A stretch of 61,424 bases of DNA, counting the filler. It is 7 parts of 7 records of this genome, joined end to end, with 100 filler letters (N's around TTAATTAATTAA, not from the genome) between each part and the next. Parts side by side here need not be neighbours in the genome. Positions count along the whole stretch, not along the records: positions 20,124 to 34,203 come from SRR7504441_723; positions 34,304 to 41,561 come from SRR7504441_732; 5 more parts are not named here. One strand, given 5' to 3'. Positions 23,779 to 35,846 of the stretch are shown piece after piece. Below the pieces are notes generated by a model. The model did not search any database. It saw only the letters and a list, made by a program, of their open reading frames with translations, and was not told the DNA's origin. The translations under genes and the position numbers were made by a program. Position 1 is the first letter of the stretch. Each line of letters opens with the position of its first letter.

Positions 23779-23928
23779 ACTCCTCTTAATTAATAAGGTA
23801 TCGGACGTCAAGCATAACATGTTCATTTCTTGTTAGCTAAAAACTCAACGACATGAACAGTCTCCGCCGAGAGCTCTGGAGACTGAGAATCCTCTCTAAT
23901 CTGATCAGACACGCTGCACCGTACTACA

Positions 23929-25125
23929 TCAGAATTCGGGGAATGCGCCTCCTTGGCTTGTGACACTCCCAGATCCGATCGACGCCGCCATCCGAGACCG
24001 TGGCTCCGGTGGCTCCGATCCAGCAACCGCCCGCCGCCCGGCAGCCGACCGGAGCAGCTCCGCGGCCTGCAGATGGCCTCTCGAGCCGGCCGCCTCGAGC
24101 GCTGTCTCGCCGTTGCTGCCGGCCAGCCCGACATCGGCCCCGGCGGCCAGCAGCACTTGCAGCACTCCGATCTGGCCCCGGGCGGAGGCAATCCATAGCG
24201 GAGTTGCGCCATTCCCGCCAGGCTTGTTCTTGTCTGCACCAGCTGCCAGCAAGGCCAGCACAGTCTGTGTGTGGCCCTTGGCTGCTGCTATCCAGAGCGA
24301 CGTGCATCCGGTGTTGTCCGGCGTATCCGACTCGGCCCCGGCCGCCAGTAAAGCCATCAGCGCCTTGACACTAGGCTCGCCCTGGGCGGCCGCGGCCAAG
24401 ACCGGAGTCTTGCCCGAATTGCTCGCTAGGTTGATGGCCGCTCCGGAGCTCACCAGTTGCTGGACCACGGTGGCGTGCCCGTTGTACGCCGCCGCCCAGA
24501 GGGGGGTGTACGGCGAGCCTGGGGACCCGTCCACAGCCGCATCCGCCTTGAGCAAGCTAGCTACGCATCCATGGTGCCCTTGAGCCGCAGCCGCGTAAAG
24601 AGCCGTGCCGCCATGGGCATCGGTGGCTCCCACTTGCGCCCCGGCTCTCAAGAGCTCGGCCAAGGCCACCTCGCGCCCATAGTATGCGGTGGCGCGGAGC
24701 GGAGTCCAGCCATCCTTGTCCGGGGCATTCACATCGGCCTTGGCCCCCAGCACCGCCGCAACAACCGCCCGATCGCCCGCCCGGCAAGCCCAATAGAGCG
24801 GCCCGCGACCGGTCTTGTCCGGCTTGTCCGGATCTGCCCGGCTGGCTATCAGGACTTGGACTAATTGGACGTGCCCGTGGTAGACGGCCATGGCTAGCGC
24901 GGTCCGCCCGGTCGCCGGGTCCGGCTTGTTGAGGTCGGCCTTGGCCGCCACTAGCGATTCGACCGCCCGGTAGTCCCCGATCTCGGCCGCGGTCAGGAGC
25001 GAGTCGGATAGCGCGGGATCGGGCTCGGGGGGTCGCTTGATGGCCTGCTCGGCTAGCACGACGGGTCGAGGAGTGTCTGACCAGCAACTGCCGGCGCAAC
25101 AGCCCGAACGTCCGGCCTTACCCAT
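23929..25125 (-). CDS. Ankyrin repeat protein with probable N-terminal acylation motif
   Basis: About nine ankyrin repeats (GRTALAMAVYHGH, GWTPLRATAYYG, YTPLWAAAYNGH, GATPLWIASARG); begins MGKAGRSGCCAGSC. Confidence 0.9.
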   Translation of the reverse strand: MGKAGRSGCCAGSCWSDTPRPVVLAEQAIKRPPEPDPALSDSLLTAAEIGDYRAVESLVAAKADLNKPDPATGRTALAMAVYHGHVQLVQVLIASRADPDKPDKTGRGPLYWACRAGDRAVVAAVLGAKADVNAPDKDGWTPLRATAYYGREVALAELLRAGAQVGATDAHGGTALYAAAAQGHHGCVASLLKADAAVDGSPGSPYTPLWAAAYNGHATVVQQLVSSGAAINLASNSGKTPVLAAAAQGEPSVKALMALLAAGAESDTPDNTGCTSLWIAAAKGHTQTVLALLAAGADKNKPGGNGATPLWIASARGQIGVLQVLLAAGADVGLAGSNGETALEAAGSRGHLQAAELLRSAAGRRAVAGSEPPEPRSRMAASIGSGSVTSQGGAFPEF

Positions 25126-25330
25126 TCCCGGCGGATGTGGCCAATCCCCCCCCCGAGCTCTAGCTCGCGGTCCGACCAATTTCTGCGGCCTGAGCCCGGC
25201 CGTGAACGCGGTGCAGAGGCTGTTGCGAGATGTCCAGCAAGAGCTCGAGCACGGCTTGATAACGGATTGTCCTCTTGCCGTTGTAAGTCCGTTGCTGAGA
25301 TCAGCTGCAGTGGACTCTGCGTGACAGCTG

Positions 25331-26037
25331 ATGAGGATTGTGAGGCCCGGGTTGTGGTTAGCTCTGGCGGCGTGCATGCTTGGGCTGGTCCAGTGCCAGG
25401 CTCAGTGGCCGGAGGCGTCGCTCCTCGCTGCCCCGCCGGCCTCCAGCTGCGGTGGGGACCAGCCTAGCCCGGTCGCCGACTGCCGTCCAGACCTCGGTGT
25501 GTCGGCAGCCGGTCCAGGGCTCACAGCCTGGGCCAGGCTCGTGCGGCAACGCCTGCTGCACGCTCGAGTACCGAGGGCAGCCAGTCCCCCCGGAAGCACT
25601 GTACACCAGGCTGATTGAGGCACGCGCCCCCCTGTGCGCCTGCTAATTTGGGGGGCAGGCAGTGAAGTCGCTGCCCGGGTTTGTTCACGTGACCAGCAGC
25701 TCGCACAAGCCCGACTCCAAAGAGCCGGCCGATGACTTGACCGCGTTCAGCCAGGCCAGGCCGTTCGAGTATATTGCGCAGGCCACGCATACCACCGCCA
25801 AAGGCACGTCCGCGCAAAGGCTTCTGACTGATCGGCACTGCAGGCTATGTAGACACAATCAATTTCAATATCTACCAGGCGACCGACGGCAACAGGGTGC
25901 GGATGTTTAGTGTAAGCGGGATCCACGGTGCACTCGGCGACAACGGGCAGAATTTCAAAAGCCTAGTAACGCTCGCCGACGCCGCTGATCTGCCTCGGGA
26001 GGGTTTGAGTGTGTTGTATGGCTGTGGATCTTCGTAG
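25331..26037 (+). CDS. Small secreted protein, possibly DUF1499-like fold
   Basis: Signal peptide. Spliced CGNACCTLEY..HTTAKG|YVDTINFNI..VRMFSVSGIHGALGDNGQNFKSL..LYGCGSS*. GC-AG introns at 25620-25658 and 25804-25843. Confidence 0.55.
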
Positions 26038-26100
26038 AGGGCACGTGCGCATCTTATATATTTTATTGAAACACCATTTTATTTAAACTCTTAAAATCCA

Positions 26101-27927
26101 CTAGCACACGTGTAGTTTGAGGAAATCGACTTCTTTCTGCAAAGCCAGATGCAAGGCTAACAAGGTCTCATACTTGAGCTCGACATCGCCATCATCACGA
26201 TCAACCTCATCACAACAGCTCGTAGTCGTCTTGGCCCTTAAGAACAACTCGCCCGCTTGGACTCGTTCGAGCTGGGTGCTGTTACGGAGATTGCATTCCT
26301 TTTCATCTGGAGACAATATCTCGAAGCCCCTGTCTTGTTTCAACACGACGGACTTGGTCATTTCATCTCGGCTGCACAGCGCACATGTACAGCACTCTGC
26401 TGCCTTGCGGCAACAGCCACAGCAGCCAGCTCGAGCGCAACTGCCAACATAAAAGGTGCATACGATCACTGCTGCGAAAACAAAAAGAAGACCGGTGTAG
26501 AGACCACCTAGTGTCGAAACCACGCCTCCGACGTTGTTCAGATACCTGCCATGAAGCTGTTCGCTCTTGAGCTCGGCTCGCAGTATGAAAGAATATGGCA
26601 CAAAGTCCGGATTTGTCGAGGCGCAGGTCCCATCGCCGCCACAGCCATAGAGTCTTTTGAATGTTCGGGTGAAGTCAAGTTCAGGACCTTCGTCGTATGC
26701 ACGCGGGTCAATGGAGTACGCTTTAGACAGTGTGTCTACCCCATCCAGACGGAAGGAACGCTTCTGCAGAAAAATCTCTAGGCGGGTCTCCATAGCCGGC
26801 GCCCAGGTGTCGTACATGATAAACCATTGTTGGTCTCCAGGATCCATTAAGGTCTCATAAGTGGCAACGTTCGTTGCGCCTTGGCAGGTTGTGCCAGCAC
26901 AGCTGTCCGCCAGATATTTAACCTCCACATAGCTGTACACTGGATCGCCATACACGCCCAGAATTTGGAGCCCTGAGGGCAGACAGACCATCGGGTGACC
27001 ATCTGACCCGATGGGCGCAAGTGAGCTCTTCGGTGGCCCGTTTGGGGTGTTGGAGCAATCTGTGATCTGGCTGGTCACGTCCGAGCATTCCTTGGTCGCA
27101 TATACGCCGTTCTCTATCCTGCAATCTTCCACTTTCACCGAGTAGCCGGAGGGTATCGCAAACGCCACCGGGCACAGGTCGAACTCGCCCTCGTTCCAGT
27201 ACTCTACATGGACTTGAATGTCCGGCGTGGCTTGGACCAGCCCCACGATCGAAAAAACCGTCACCCCCAGCAGGATCAGCCCAGCCAGTACTGACAGGCA
27301 GCCGGAGCAGCAGCGGATCTGTCGGTCGTGTCTCCGCAGCTTCATCTGCTGCGCGTTGTCTAGCGTGGTGTCCAGCATCAGGCTGTCGTGGTGGCTTTGT
27401 AGCTCTTGGTAGTTCTGGAAGTCGCGCGCCGCGTTCTTGGGCAAGGCCCGCGACAGGAAGTCCGCTGCCACGAACCAGTTCCCCAGCGCGCCCACTTGCG
27501 CCCGCCAGCCTGGCCACCTCCCGCCAGCCTGGCCGGGACTCGGGGGATGCTCCTCGCCTTGATAGTCGTCGCTCCGGCCGGGGCTCGGGGGATGCTCTTC
27601 GCCTTTGTGGACGGTCAGCTCCTGGGCAGGCTGCTCGTCGGTGGGCTCGGTGTACTCAACCATCCCTCGATATCTCGATCCAGGGTCCGACTTGCGGGCG
27701 TCCTCCTCGGTCGGGCCCACCTCCGTCAGCTCAACCCGGGCCGGGTCCCCGAGTCCCGGCCGGAGGTGGCAGCAGCGGCTCTGCTCCTCCTGCGGGCGCG
27801 TCTCGGGCGGCTGGGTCCGGCTCCGGCCGTACTGGTCTAGAGCACGAAGGGTCCTTTCGAATTGTGCGTGAGGCTCGGGGCTACGGCCCAGTCTCGGCGG
27901 AGGCTCAGGCAGTGGCCAGCGCGTCAT
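26101..27927 (-). CDS. Two-TM membrane protein with large Cys-rich extracellular loop
   Basis: Intronless ~610-aa ORF; TM1 LSVLAGLILLGVTVFSIVGLV; TM2 VVSTLGGLYTGLLFVFAAVIV; Cys clusters next to both TMs. Confidence 0.7.
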   Translation of the reverse strand: MTRWPLPEPPPRLGRSPEPHAQFERTLRALDQYGRSRTQPPETRPQEEQSRCCHLRPGLGDPARVELTEVGPTEEDARKSDPGSRYRGMVEYTEPTDEQPAQELTVHKGEEHPPSPGRSDDYQGEEHPPSPGQAGGRWPGWRAQVGALGNWFVAADFLSRALPKNAARDFQNYQELQSHHDSLMLDTTLDNAQQMKLRRHDRQIRCCSGCLSVLAGLILLGVTVFSIVGLVQATPDIQVHVEYWNEGEFDLCPVAFAIPSGYSVKVEDCRIENGVYATKECSDVTSQITDCSNTPNGPPKSSLAPIGSDGHPMVCLPSGLQILGVYGDPVYSYVEVKYLADSCAGTTCQGATNVATYETLMDPGDQQWFIMYDTWAPAMETRLEIFLQKRSFRLDGVDTLSKAYSIDPRAYDEGPELDFTRTFKRLYGCGGDGTCASTNPDFVPYSFILRAELKSEQLHGRYLNNVGGVVSTLGGLYTGLLFVFAAVIVCTFYVGSCARAGCCGCCRKAAECCTCALCSRDEMTKSVVLKQDRGFEILSPDEKECNLRNSTQLERVQAGELFLRAKTTTSCCDEVDRDDGDVELKYETLLALHLALQKEVDFLKLHVC

Positions 27928-28083
27928 AATCCGAGCACCCACCGCCCCTGCCCGCCCACAGGTAGCTATCCGAACTGCCGACGTGCGAACTGCCGAAAAA
28001 CGTGCGGTTGCGGCCGTTGCACCGCTCAGGATTCTGATTCTCGGCTGTGTGTGACGCTTCAGACCACGTGCAGCACAGCCCCG

Positions 28084-28760
28084 ATGGCCGCGCTCGAGGC
28101 CTCAGGCAAATCCCAGCCGGACTGCGGGTTTGGCTTCTCGGGGATCAGCATCTGGGTGGAGTATGACGACCCGCGGCTGCCAGTGGCTCAGCAGCGGCTC
28201 TGTGGCAAGTACGGGCTCAAACCGATCCCGATCCACACCACGGTGTGCCCCCGCCGTCCGCCTGGCAAGGCTGGGGCCAGATTCTTTACGACATGAAAGG
28301 GCTCACGGCCGAGCAGGCCGTGGAGATCTTCGATGCCAACCGCTATACGATACGCGCCTGGCTGCCGCAGCTTGAGTATACACCGAGCGAGCTGCTGGCG
28401 ACACACTCGCCGGACTGGGATATGAATGCGGTGTGGTGGACTCTGGAGCCCGACCCGCAGCACAAGACGTTCAACCGATCGCTGAGAACCATGTTTAAAC
28501 AGCCGGCCGCCGAAAAGCCGGCGGCTGATTCGGTGCCGACGGATGGAACGGGGGATGAGTTTTCGTTCGATGAGTATCCGCATATTTCGTTGATGTACTC
28601 GAGCCTTGAGCTGGAGGAGTTGCACAAGAACGGGGCCGAGGATGTGCTAGAAGTTGTTCCTGACCTAATGCAGCGCCCCTACCGCCCAACCTCTGTCACC
28701 TTGTGGTCTACGGAGGGTACGGTAGCCCAATGGCAAAAGCTAGATTGTGTGTCTTTGTAA
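28084..28760 (+). CDS. 2H phosphoesterase, 2',3'-cyclic phosphodiesterase (CPDase-like)
   Basis: GISIWV..PIHTT|ILY and YPHISLMY (two HxT/S motifs); LWSTEGTVAQWQKL; one GT-AG intron. Confidence 0.8.
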
Positions 28761-28972
28761 GCTTATGTAAGCTTAGTACCAGCATAAAGTCTAGCGTCGC
28801 TCCTACACTATCACACATCAGGCACACAATGCCCTCGTACCATCATCATTCATCGCAGTGCGTTTTATTCTACTTGTATATATAGTAGTTTTATTCATTA
28901 CAGTCTGAATTATAATTAGACATGCATAAGTACGGCCGCGTGTTAACAGAACATTTGCATGTATTATGACTA

Positions 28973-30956
28973 TTATCTGCTCAACAAGGAGCTTAGGTTG
29001 ATTCGTTCGGGAGGATTGTCTGCTCCGTTGGTTTGCCGTCTGTTTGGAATGATCAACCTCACAGTATCACGCGAACTAGTATGCGATGGACTGTAATCCT
29101 CAAGCTCACGTGTTGGCAGTGAGGTCATGTTGTCCCGCAGAATGGCTGCTCGCAAGATTCTATCATAGTCATCCACTCGGTTCGACGCCAAGCCTCGTGG
29201 CGTCTGGATCGGCCGCTCTAGCTGCCTCGCCGCCACCTGCTCTGTGGGCATGCTCGCCCTGGCAGAGCTCTGGGCGGCCTTGACTAAAGAGTTGACCAGC
29301 TCGGTGGCTCCAGAAACCTCTTTACATATGTCCGGCTGCGACTGGCACATGCCATTCTCCCGCGCCTGCCGCTCCCTCTCGCCGATCTGACTCTGAAACG
29401 CCTCCACACGAAGTCGAATCATGGTCGACTAACTCAGCAAGCGCCTTTGCAAGCTGCCGGGCTTGTGCTTCATTCTGTGCTTCCTTGGCTGCCAGATCAC
29501 TCCGCAATCCAAGGCACACTGTGTTGGCCTCGGCCTCTTGCTTCAGCCTTAGCCGCTCAAACTCCGCGGCCTGCTCCCTCAGCTGCCCCCGCAGCAGCTC
29601 ACACTCCTCCTCCAGCTTGTTCCGTTCATCCGCGCCTGCCTGCCGCATTGAATCCAACTCATCAAGCGCCTTTGCCAGCTGCTCTTCCAGCTGCTCGACA
29701 TGCCCGCTCATAGAGGCCAGCTCTTGCCGCAATCTGTTCTTGAGCTGCTCCAGCCCCTTAAACTCCTTGAGCTGCTCGGCTTGCGCTTCGCACTCGGCGG
29801 TTCTGTCAGCCAGGCGCTCTCTTAGCAGCTCGCTCTCAGCCACTGCATCCTTCCACTCCTGCTCGTAGTGCTGGCCAGAGCTGAGTCGCACGCTTGCCAG
29901 CGCTATCTTGTGCAGGCCCTCGCACTCGGCCCTTTTGATTCTGAGCTGTTCTTTCAGGCCATCAATATCCACCTGCGCCGCTTCAAGCTTCGACTGGAGC
30001 TCGTTGAGGGCATCATCATCAGTTTCCCGCGAGCCGCGGTCGAGTGCACGCAGCATGGCCTCGAGCGCGTTCACGCTCCGGTTGAGGTCGATCGACTTGG
30101 CCTGTTCCTTGTCCAGTGCCTTCCGAAGCTTGCCATTACGCGCGTTGGTCTTCTTGAGTTTCCTTTCGTTAGGCTCGAGCTCCCTGATCCACTCCTTGAG
30201 AATCCGTTCCCGCTCAAATATCGGGTCGATCATCGTCCTCCGGATTGTCTCCTGCAACTGAGCGAAGTCATCATACCGCTCCTTGGCCAATGCAGCTGCT
30301 TGGCCGTCGAGCCCCTCAGCCAGGCGAGCCAGCTGCTCCAGCAACTGCTCGCTGCTTGAGTACATTTCGTCAAACATGAGCAGCGAGGCCATCGCCTCCT
30401 CCCTGCTCAGCTCCACCGCCCTCCGGTGCTCCTCCTTCTTCTTGCTCACCCCCCGCGCCCGCCGCCGCGCTTTGTCCTCCCGCGCCCCCTCCTCCAGCTC
30501 GCGCCGCTCGTCCTGCAGCCGCTCAGCCCGCTGGCGCAGCTGCTGCTGCAGCTCGTGGTCAGCCAGTCCCCCATTCACCAGCTTGCCCGCCGCGCTCAGC
30601 ATTTCCATCTGCTCGGCTGTGGAGGCCGCGGCAACCGTCGCGTCCATCAGCGGCAGCTGGCTCAACGGCGGCGGGCCTTTACCCTTGCCCTTGCCCTTGC
30701 CGCCTGCACTCGAGCTCTGAGCAGGAGGGGGCGGGGTTGGCTGGAGCTCGGCACAGTGCCGGTCGTAAATCTTGATCAGCTGATGCTTGGTGGTGCACCG
30801 GCGGATGGCCTCTTCGTCGGCCGCCCCCAGCCTGCCGAGTAGCCAGTTCTTGAGGCCCATGTAGCCCAGCAGCCTAGGATCCTCCACCAGCGCTGCAAAA
30901 CGTCCCCCGGACGCCCGCTGCGACCCTCGCATCACCCGGTCTATCGAGGCCCGCAT
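28973..30956 (-). CDS. Long coiled-coil protein
   Basis: About 540 aa of heptad-rich ORF from MRASIDRVM. The frame change near 29430 is probably a short intron. Confidence 0.65.
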
Positions 30957-31077
30957 GCTGCGGGGGTCTCCGGAGCCTCGGACTGCACTGGCAGCTGCCG
31001 TTGTCACACTCTGGCCGGACACGCTTGCAAGTGCCGAGCTGTGGCAGGGCCGCGGCGGGAGACAAGGACCGCCAAGC

Positions 31078-32032
31078 ATGCCCAAGCGGAAGCGGCGGGC
31101 CAGTGTGCAGAAAGAGGACCGGCCAGAGCTGGCTTCCACGTTTGAGAGCCTGCTCCGCGACTTGCTGCCGCTGCGCGCCCAGCTCGGCGGAGACTCCTCG
31201 CTGCCGCTCCCTCGGCTACAGCGCAAGATCACCCGGCGCGAATTCATCGCTGACTACTGCGACGTATCACGTCTACCTGTCGGCTGCCTGACCGGGGCTG
31301 GGCAGTTCGACTACATCTACCTGCAGGTCGTCGGGCTACAGACGCTGCACCAGAGCAGTGCCGAGATAACCGCCGCCAACAACGGCCAGGCGCTCCCGCC
31401 CGGTGGCCGCTGCTCACCCAGGGCAGGTGTTCACCCAGAACCCAGGGACCCGGCTGCTCGAGCGGCTCTGCGGGATGACCATGCACGCCGAGCGCCCCGG
31501 GGCAGCGAGCCTGCTCCTGTCCGCCCCGGGCGTCCTCTGCCAGGCGTACGAGAGCGCCAAGCGCAGCGGGAACCTGCTCGGGTTCTTCAAAGGGGCGTTC
31601 GACCGGATGGCGGACCCGTGCCTGGAGGGCCGCACCTCGCTGCTGCTGGCGTTCCTGGAAGAGCAGGACGAATTCAAAGATAGCGCAGGCACGCAGGATA
31701 AGGACGGGGTGCCGTGGCAGGACACTGTGATAGACCTACGCCGGGCACGCACCGGCCGAGAAGTGGTGGGCGAGTATCTGAGGGTTTTCATCAACAAGGG
31801 CGTTGCCGCGTATGCAGCTCACCACCAGCTGAGATATGCTGACGCCAAAGTGAGCCACTCGAGGGCAGAGTTGGACAAGGGCGTGGAAGCCCAGTGGCTC
31901 AGCTCTGGGCAATTTAAAAAGACGCTAGCTGAGCTCGGGGTGTTTGGTGACAGCAGGACATCCAGCATGCCAGAAGCTGAAGTGGATGCCCATATAGATT
32001 TCTATGTGCGAATGGCGTGCCTTGTTAAGTGA
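31078..32032 (+). CDS. Hypothetical protein with N-terminal basic NLS-like motif
   Basis: MPKRKRR start; two short introns; last exon ORF 31403-32032. Confidence 0.6.
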
Positions 32033-32149
32033 AATCAACTTCAATGAATACAACAATCAACGTACGCACATAGTTTATACAACATCTCAGTCGCTCATAC
32101 ACGTGTTACAATACAGCTGGATGTTGCCCAGCTTTCGCCACTATGCGTA

Positions 32150-34112
32150 CTACCGAGCGTTCGCTATAGCTAGCATCTTTTGGAGCTCCTCAATCTGTTG
32201 CTTGGCCGCAGCGGCTTCCTCGAAGCTCTCACTTTGCACATGCTGTTCTAGTTTGTTCCTCAGCATCTCCAAGTCCTCTTGCAGATCTTCAAGGTGAGGA
32301 AGTTGGGCCATCTGCTTCAGCCTCTCCCTAAGCTCCTCACAATGGCTGTGCAGCTTGGCTGCCAAAACAAAATCCTCTTCCTCGATCGCCCTGTGCAAGA
32401 CTCATGTGATTTCTATGGCACTTTAATTTGGTGCCTGGTCTTAGCAGCATTGGCTTGAGAGAGATCGTCCTCCAAGTTCTCCATTGAGTTAGGGCGCCTT
32501 ACCTATGATACCATTAGAAAAAGTATGGGTAGCTGCAGGGGCACCTGAGCTTCACTTGCTCCTGCGTGTGAGCTCCACTTGTACTCGTAAGCCCAGGCCC
32601 GCTTCAAGTCACCCACTCGGCACTTGGTGATAGCGCAGCCAGCGACTTCAGCAGGCAGTGTCACATTACATTCTTGGGGACTGATATTGGCCCCTGAGCA
32701 GCTCAGCATGATTTGGACGCTTCTCTCGCTGAAGTTGGAGCCCGTGAAAGAAACCCCGTCCTTATGCTCACTGCCACAGTACAGTGAGCGACACCGCATT
32801 ATTGGTGGCAAGACTTCACAGTTAGAGCAATCCGGCCGCTGGCATCCCAGTGCTCCTCTGTGGTCACCACTGCGCTATTGCTAGGTTGCAGCTGCCACCC
32901 AGCCATATCATTGGCCCAATACTGACTGGAGGGCACCTCTAGCTCTGCAGGCGTGGCCCTCGGTGAATCAGCTCAACTGAATTTACATGTGCAAGTGCGG
33001 CATCAATCTCAACTGTAAGATTTAGCTTTTGCTCCGGTAGAATATCTGGCGGCTCCTGCCCCACAGCATGATTAGGCTGGTGCCGGTCTAGTCTCACCTC
33101 TGCCAAAATATCTGCCAGCTCTGATTGTGGGAGCATCAGCTTAGTAATCATTGCATTCGGATCTTGCTCCGAGTCAACCACCACTGCAAGCTGCCGTATC
33201 TAGCTTAGTTAGAGGGCCTGGAGCAAGGCGCACTGTTTGACTGAGCTGCTGCAGACGCAGCATTGTATCCTTGAGATCGTGCCCTCGCTGGAGCAGCTGC
33301 TCGTCATGTTGATGCCTCAGCTCGTCCAATTTTGCCATGAGCATGCCCTCGCGTATGTCAATGGCCGTCCTGAGCTCGGCACTTTTGGCTCGAATCGACT
33401 GGTGAATTTCAGCCGCCTGCCCTGGACCATGACCCCTTCAGATTTGGGGCCATGGGCACCTCTTGCTGCACTGTCTCTCTTGTGCTAACCACCCTCGAAA
33501 TATCCCCAGAGATTTGTTGTACACGTTGGTCAGCCTGTACCTCGATTAGATCGGGCTCGCACATTGCTCGGAAGCACCTTGTCCAGCATGGCCAGTAGCT
33601 CACCCCTCTTGTCCGCGACACTGCTGGCAGGCGCCGCTCTCTTGACGGCGAGCGTGGCACCCATCTCTGGCCCTGCGAGCTGCCGGGCCGCCGGCGCCGG
33701 GCTGGTCTTTGGTGACGTCGGTGACCTCGTGCAGACTACGGCGGGCGACCCCCCTGGGCTGCTGTGCCGCTCTGTGCACTGTAACCCACCAGGCACAGCG
33801 CCGGCTGCCTGGCCGGCTGGCGAGCTCAGGGGTGCCGGCTGGCGAGCGGGCGCTGTCATTCCGAGCCGCTCGCGGCAGAACGTGCGCAGGTTCCTGGACC
33901 GGATCTCAGCCCGACCGGCGGGGCGGGTGCCTGTCGGCCGACTTGGCTACTATCGACCGGCTGCGCTCGGCCCAGTGAAAACTGGCCGCGCTGACCGGGC
34001 CGGTGGTGGCCTGGTAGTAATACTCGACCAGCGAGAGCGTCTTGGGCTTGTCGCCGTCCCGCAGCGCGCGGCTCAGCGAGAGGCACCACTCGGCCGACGA
34101 GAGGGTGCTCAT
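32150..34112 (-). CDS. Multi-exon hypothetical protein with C-terminal UVR-like motifs
   Basis: AIEEEDFVLAAKLH and VQSESFEEAAAAKQQIEEL (UvrB/C-type). Upstream exons are fragmentary. Confidence 0.5.
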
Positions 34113-34203
34113 CGCCTGCCTGGAGCTCTCAAAAACTGAAACCCGTTGGAGCGCAATAAAAAAAAAAAACGAATTCAATCAAAGCACACTAGGCGTCCTA
34201 GCG

Positions 34204-34303
34204 NNNNNNNNNNNNNNNNNNNNNNNNNNNNNNNNNNNNNNNNNNNNTTAATTAATTAANNNNNNNNNNNNNNNNNNNNNNNNNNNNNNNNNNNNNNNNN
34301 NNN
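34204..34303. other. Artificial contig-joining linker
   Basis: N-run + TTAATTAATTAA + N-run. Confidence 0.98.
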
Positions 34304-35700
34304 GCCCCTCAGCAACGCCCCTTCCAGAAGCCGACGCACAGCTGCTGACACCAGCATTTGCTGTGCCCTCCGCTCTGCTGCTATCCTCAGCCACCGTCGC
34401 AACGCACGGCACAGCTGGGAGCTGATCAGCCGCATCACCCCTCGCCTCAGCGCTGCTCTCTTGGCCTGCGCTTCATTCGATGCCTCTTGCCATCTATTTA
34501 GTGCCCGTGCTGTCATCCGCTGCTGCATCCGCCGACACGCCGCGTAAATTAGTCGTTGCTGCTGGTTCCTCTCAGCAGCTTGAGCCCTCCACCTGCGCAG
34601 TGCCGAGGCACACCGCCTGCCAAACAAGTACATTGCAGCACGCCTCGCCTTCTGCCGTTGCCGCTTGCCGAGCTGGTAGGTGCCGCGCCATTGCGCCCAT
34701 CCAGCTCGCAGCGCCCTTTTGACTAAGTGGCTGCCCCCTCGGCTGTTCATGCTCAGCTGCTGCACCCGCCCTATCGCCGCCTCCAGCCAACTGCCGAACC
34801 CAGCGGCCATTTTTGTCTGAAACAGTCGGGCCATCGCCCTCCGCATCGCGGCCAGCCGCCGCCTGCGCTCGGTGCACCCCGCCCGCCACTTGGTCACGGC
34901 CTTGGCGCAGCTGCCGTCCCACACGAGCGCGCTGATCGCCGGCCACTGGCGCAGCTCCCGCGCGCTGTATGCTCTGTCCGACTGCTCCACTGCGGCCAGC
35001 CAGCCGGCCCAGCCCTCGATCAGCGCCTGCATCCGCCACAGCGCTTGGAGCCCGCGATCACTCGGCTCTCCACTCCACCCATACGCCACCTGCGCCCGAT
35101 CAGCCACCCGCCCACCAACCCCGCGCCTGCAGATGCCGCCAGCCTCGGACCATCGCCGGCCATAGCTGCCTGTCGGCCACCAGCCTGGCCGCGCCGCCCC
35201 GGAGCCGCACGATCAGTCGAGTCTGGGCCCGGGCGTGCGCGCTCACCTGGCTCGCGGTGGGCAGGCCCGGTGGCAGGCAGGGACCTGGCGCTGGAGCTGG
35301 TGCCAGGCCGGCCGGTAGGCGGCGCGCAGGCTCCAGCTGAGCAGCGAGCGCTGCAGCCTGAGCACCGAGGCCCTGTGGATCGACTCCAGGCAGACGAAGA
35401 GCGCCCACTGCTTCTTCACCGCCGCGATGGTGGCCGAGGTGCGCTCCGAGAGCCGCAGCAGCCAGGCTGCGTCTATCGACCCGGGCGGACCGCTGCTGAC
35501 CAGCTTGGCCCGCCAGGCGGCCAGTCCGGCCTGGGCGGCGCGCAGGAGCAGCTGGCGTATCAGGCTCTGGAAGCCGGTCCTGAACTGGATCCAGGAGGGA
35601 AGCTTCTCCCGGGACGGCCGGAGCAGCATCGGTGGTCGGGATCTGCAGCCCGGGATCAGCCCAGCCGGCACCAGACCCACCGCCGCGGGGACGCATTCAT
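34304..35700 (-). CDS. Sfi1-like Trp-repeat (centrin-binding-type) protein, 3' truncated
   Basis: Repeats with about 33-aa period: AAGFGSWLE, RAGWAQWRG, SALRRWRA, RALNRWQE, RALRRWLR. Confidence 0.65.
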
Positions 35701-35846
35701 GCTAATTGGCATTGATCATCCCAGCCATATACATCCCATCTCCGAATTTTGTCCGAAATTTCATGCAAGATGCATATGGGAGCCTGGCAGGCTGCGCGCA
35801 GTGCCCGCGAAGGCCTGCATGCTAGGTGGGGCCTGACGACAATGGC

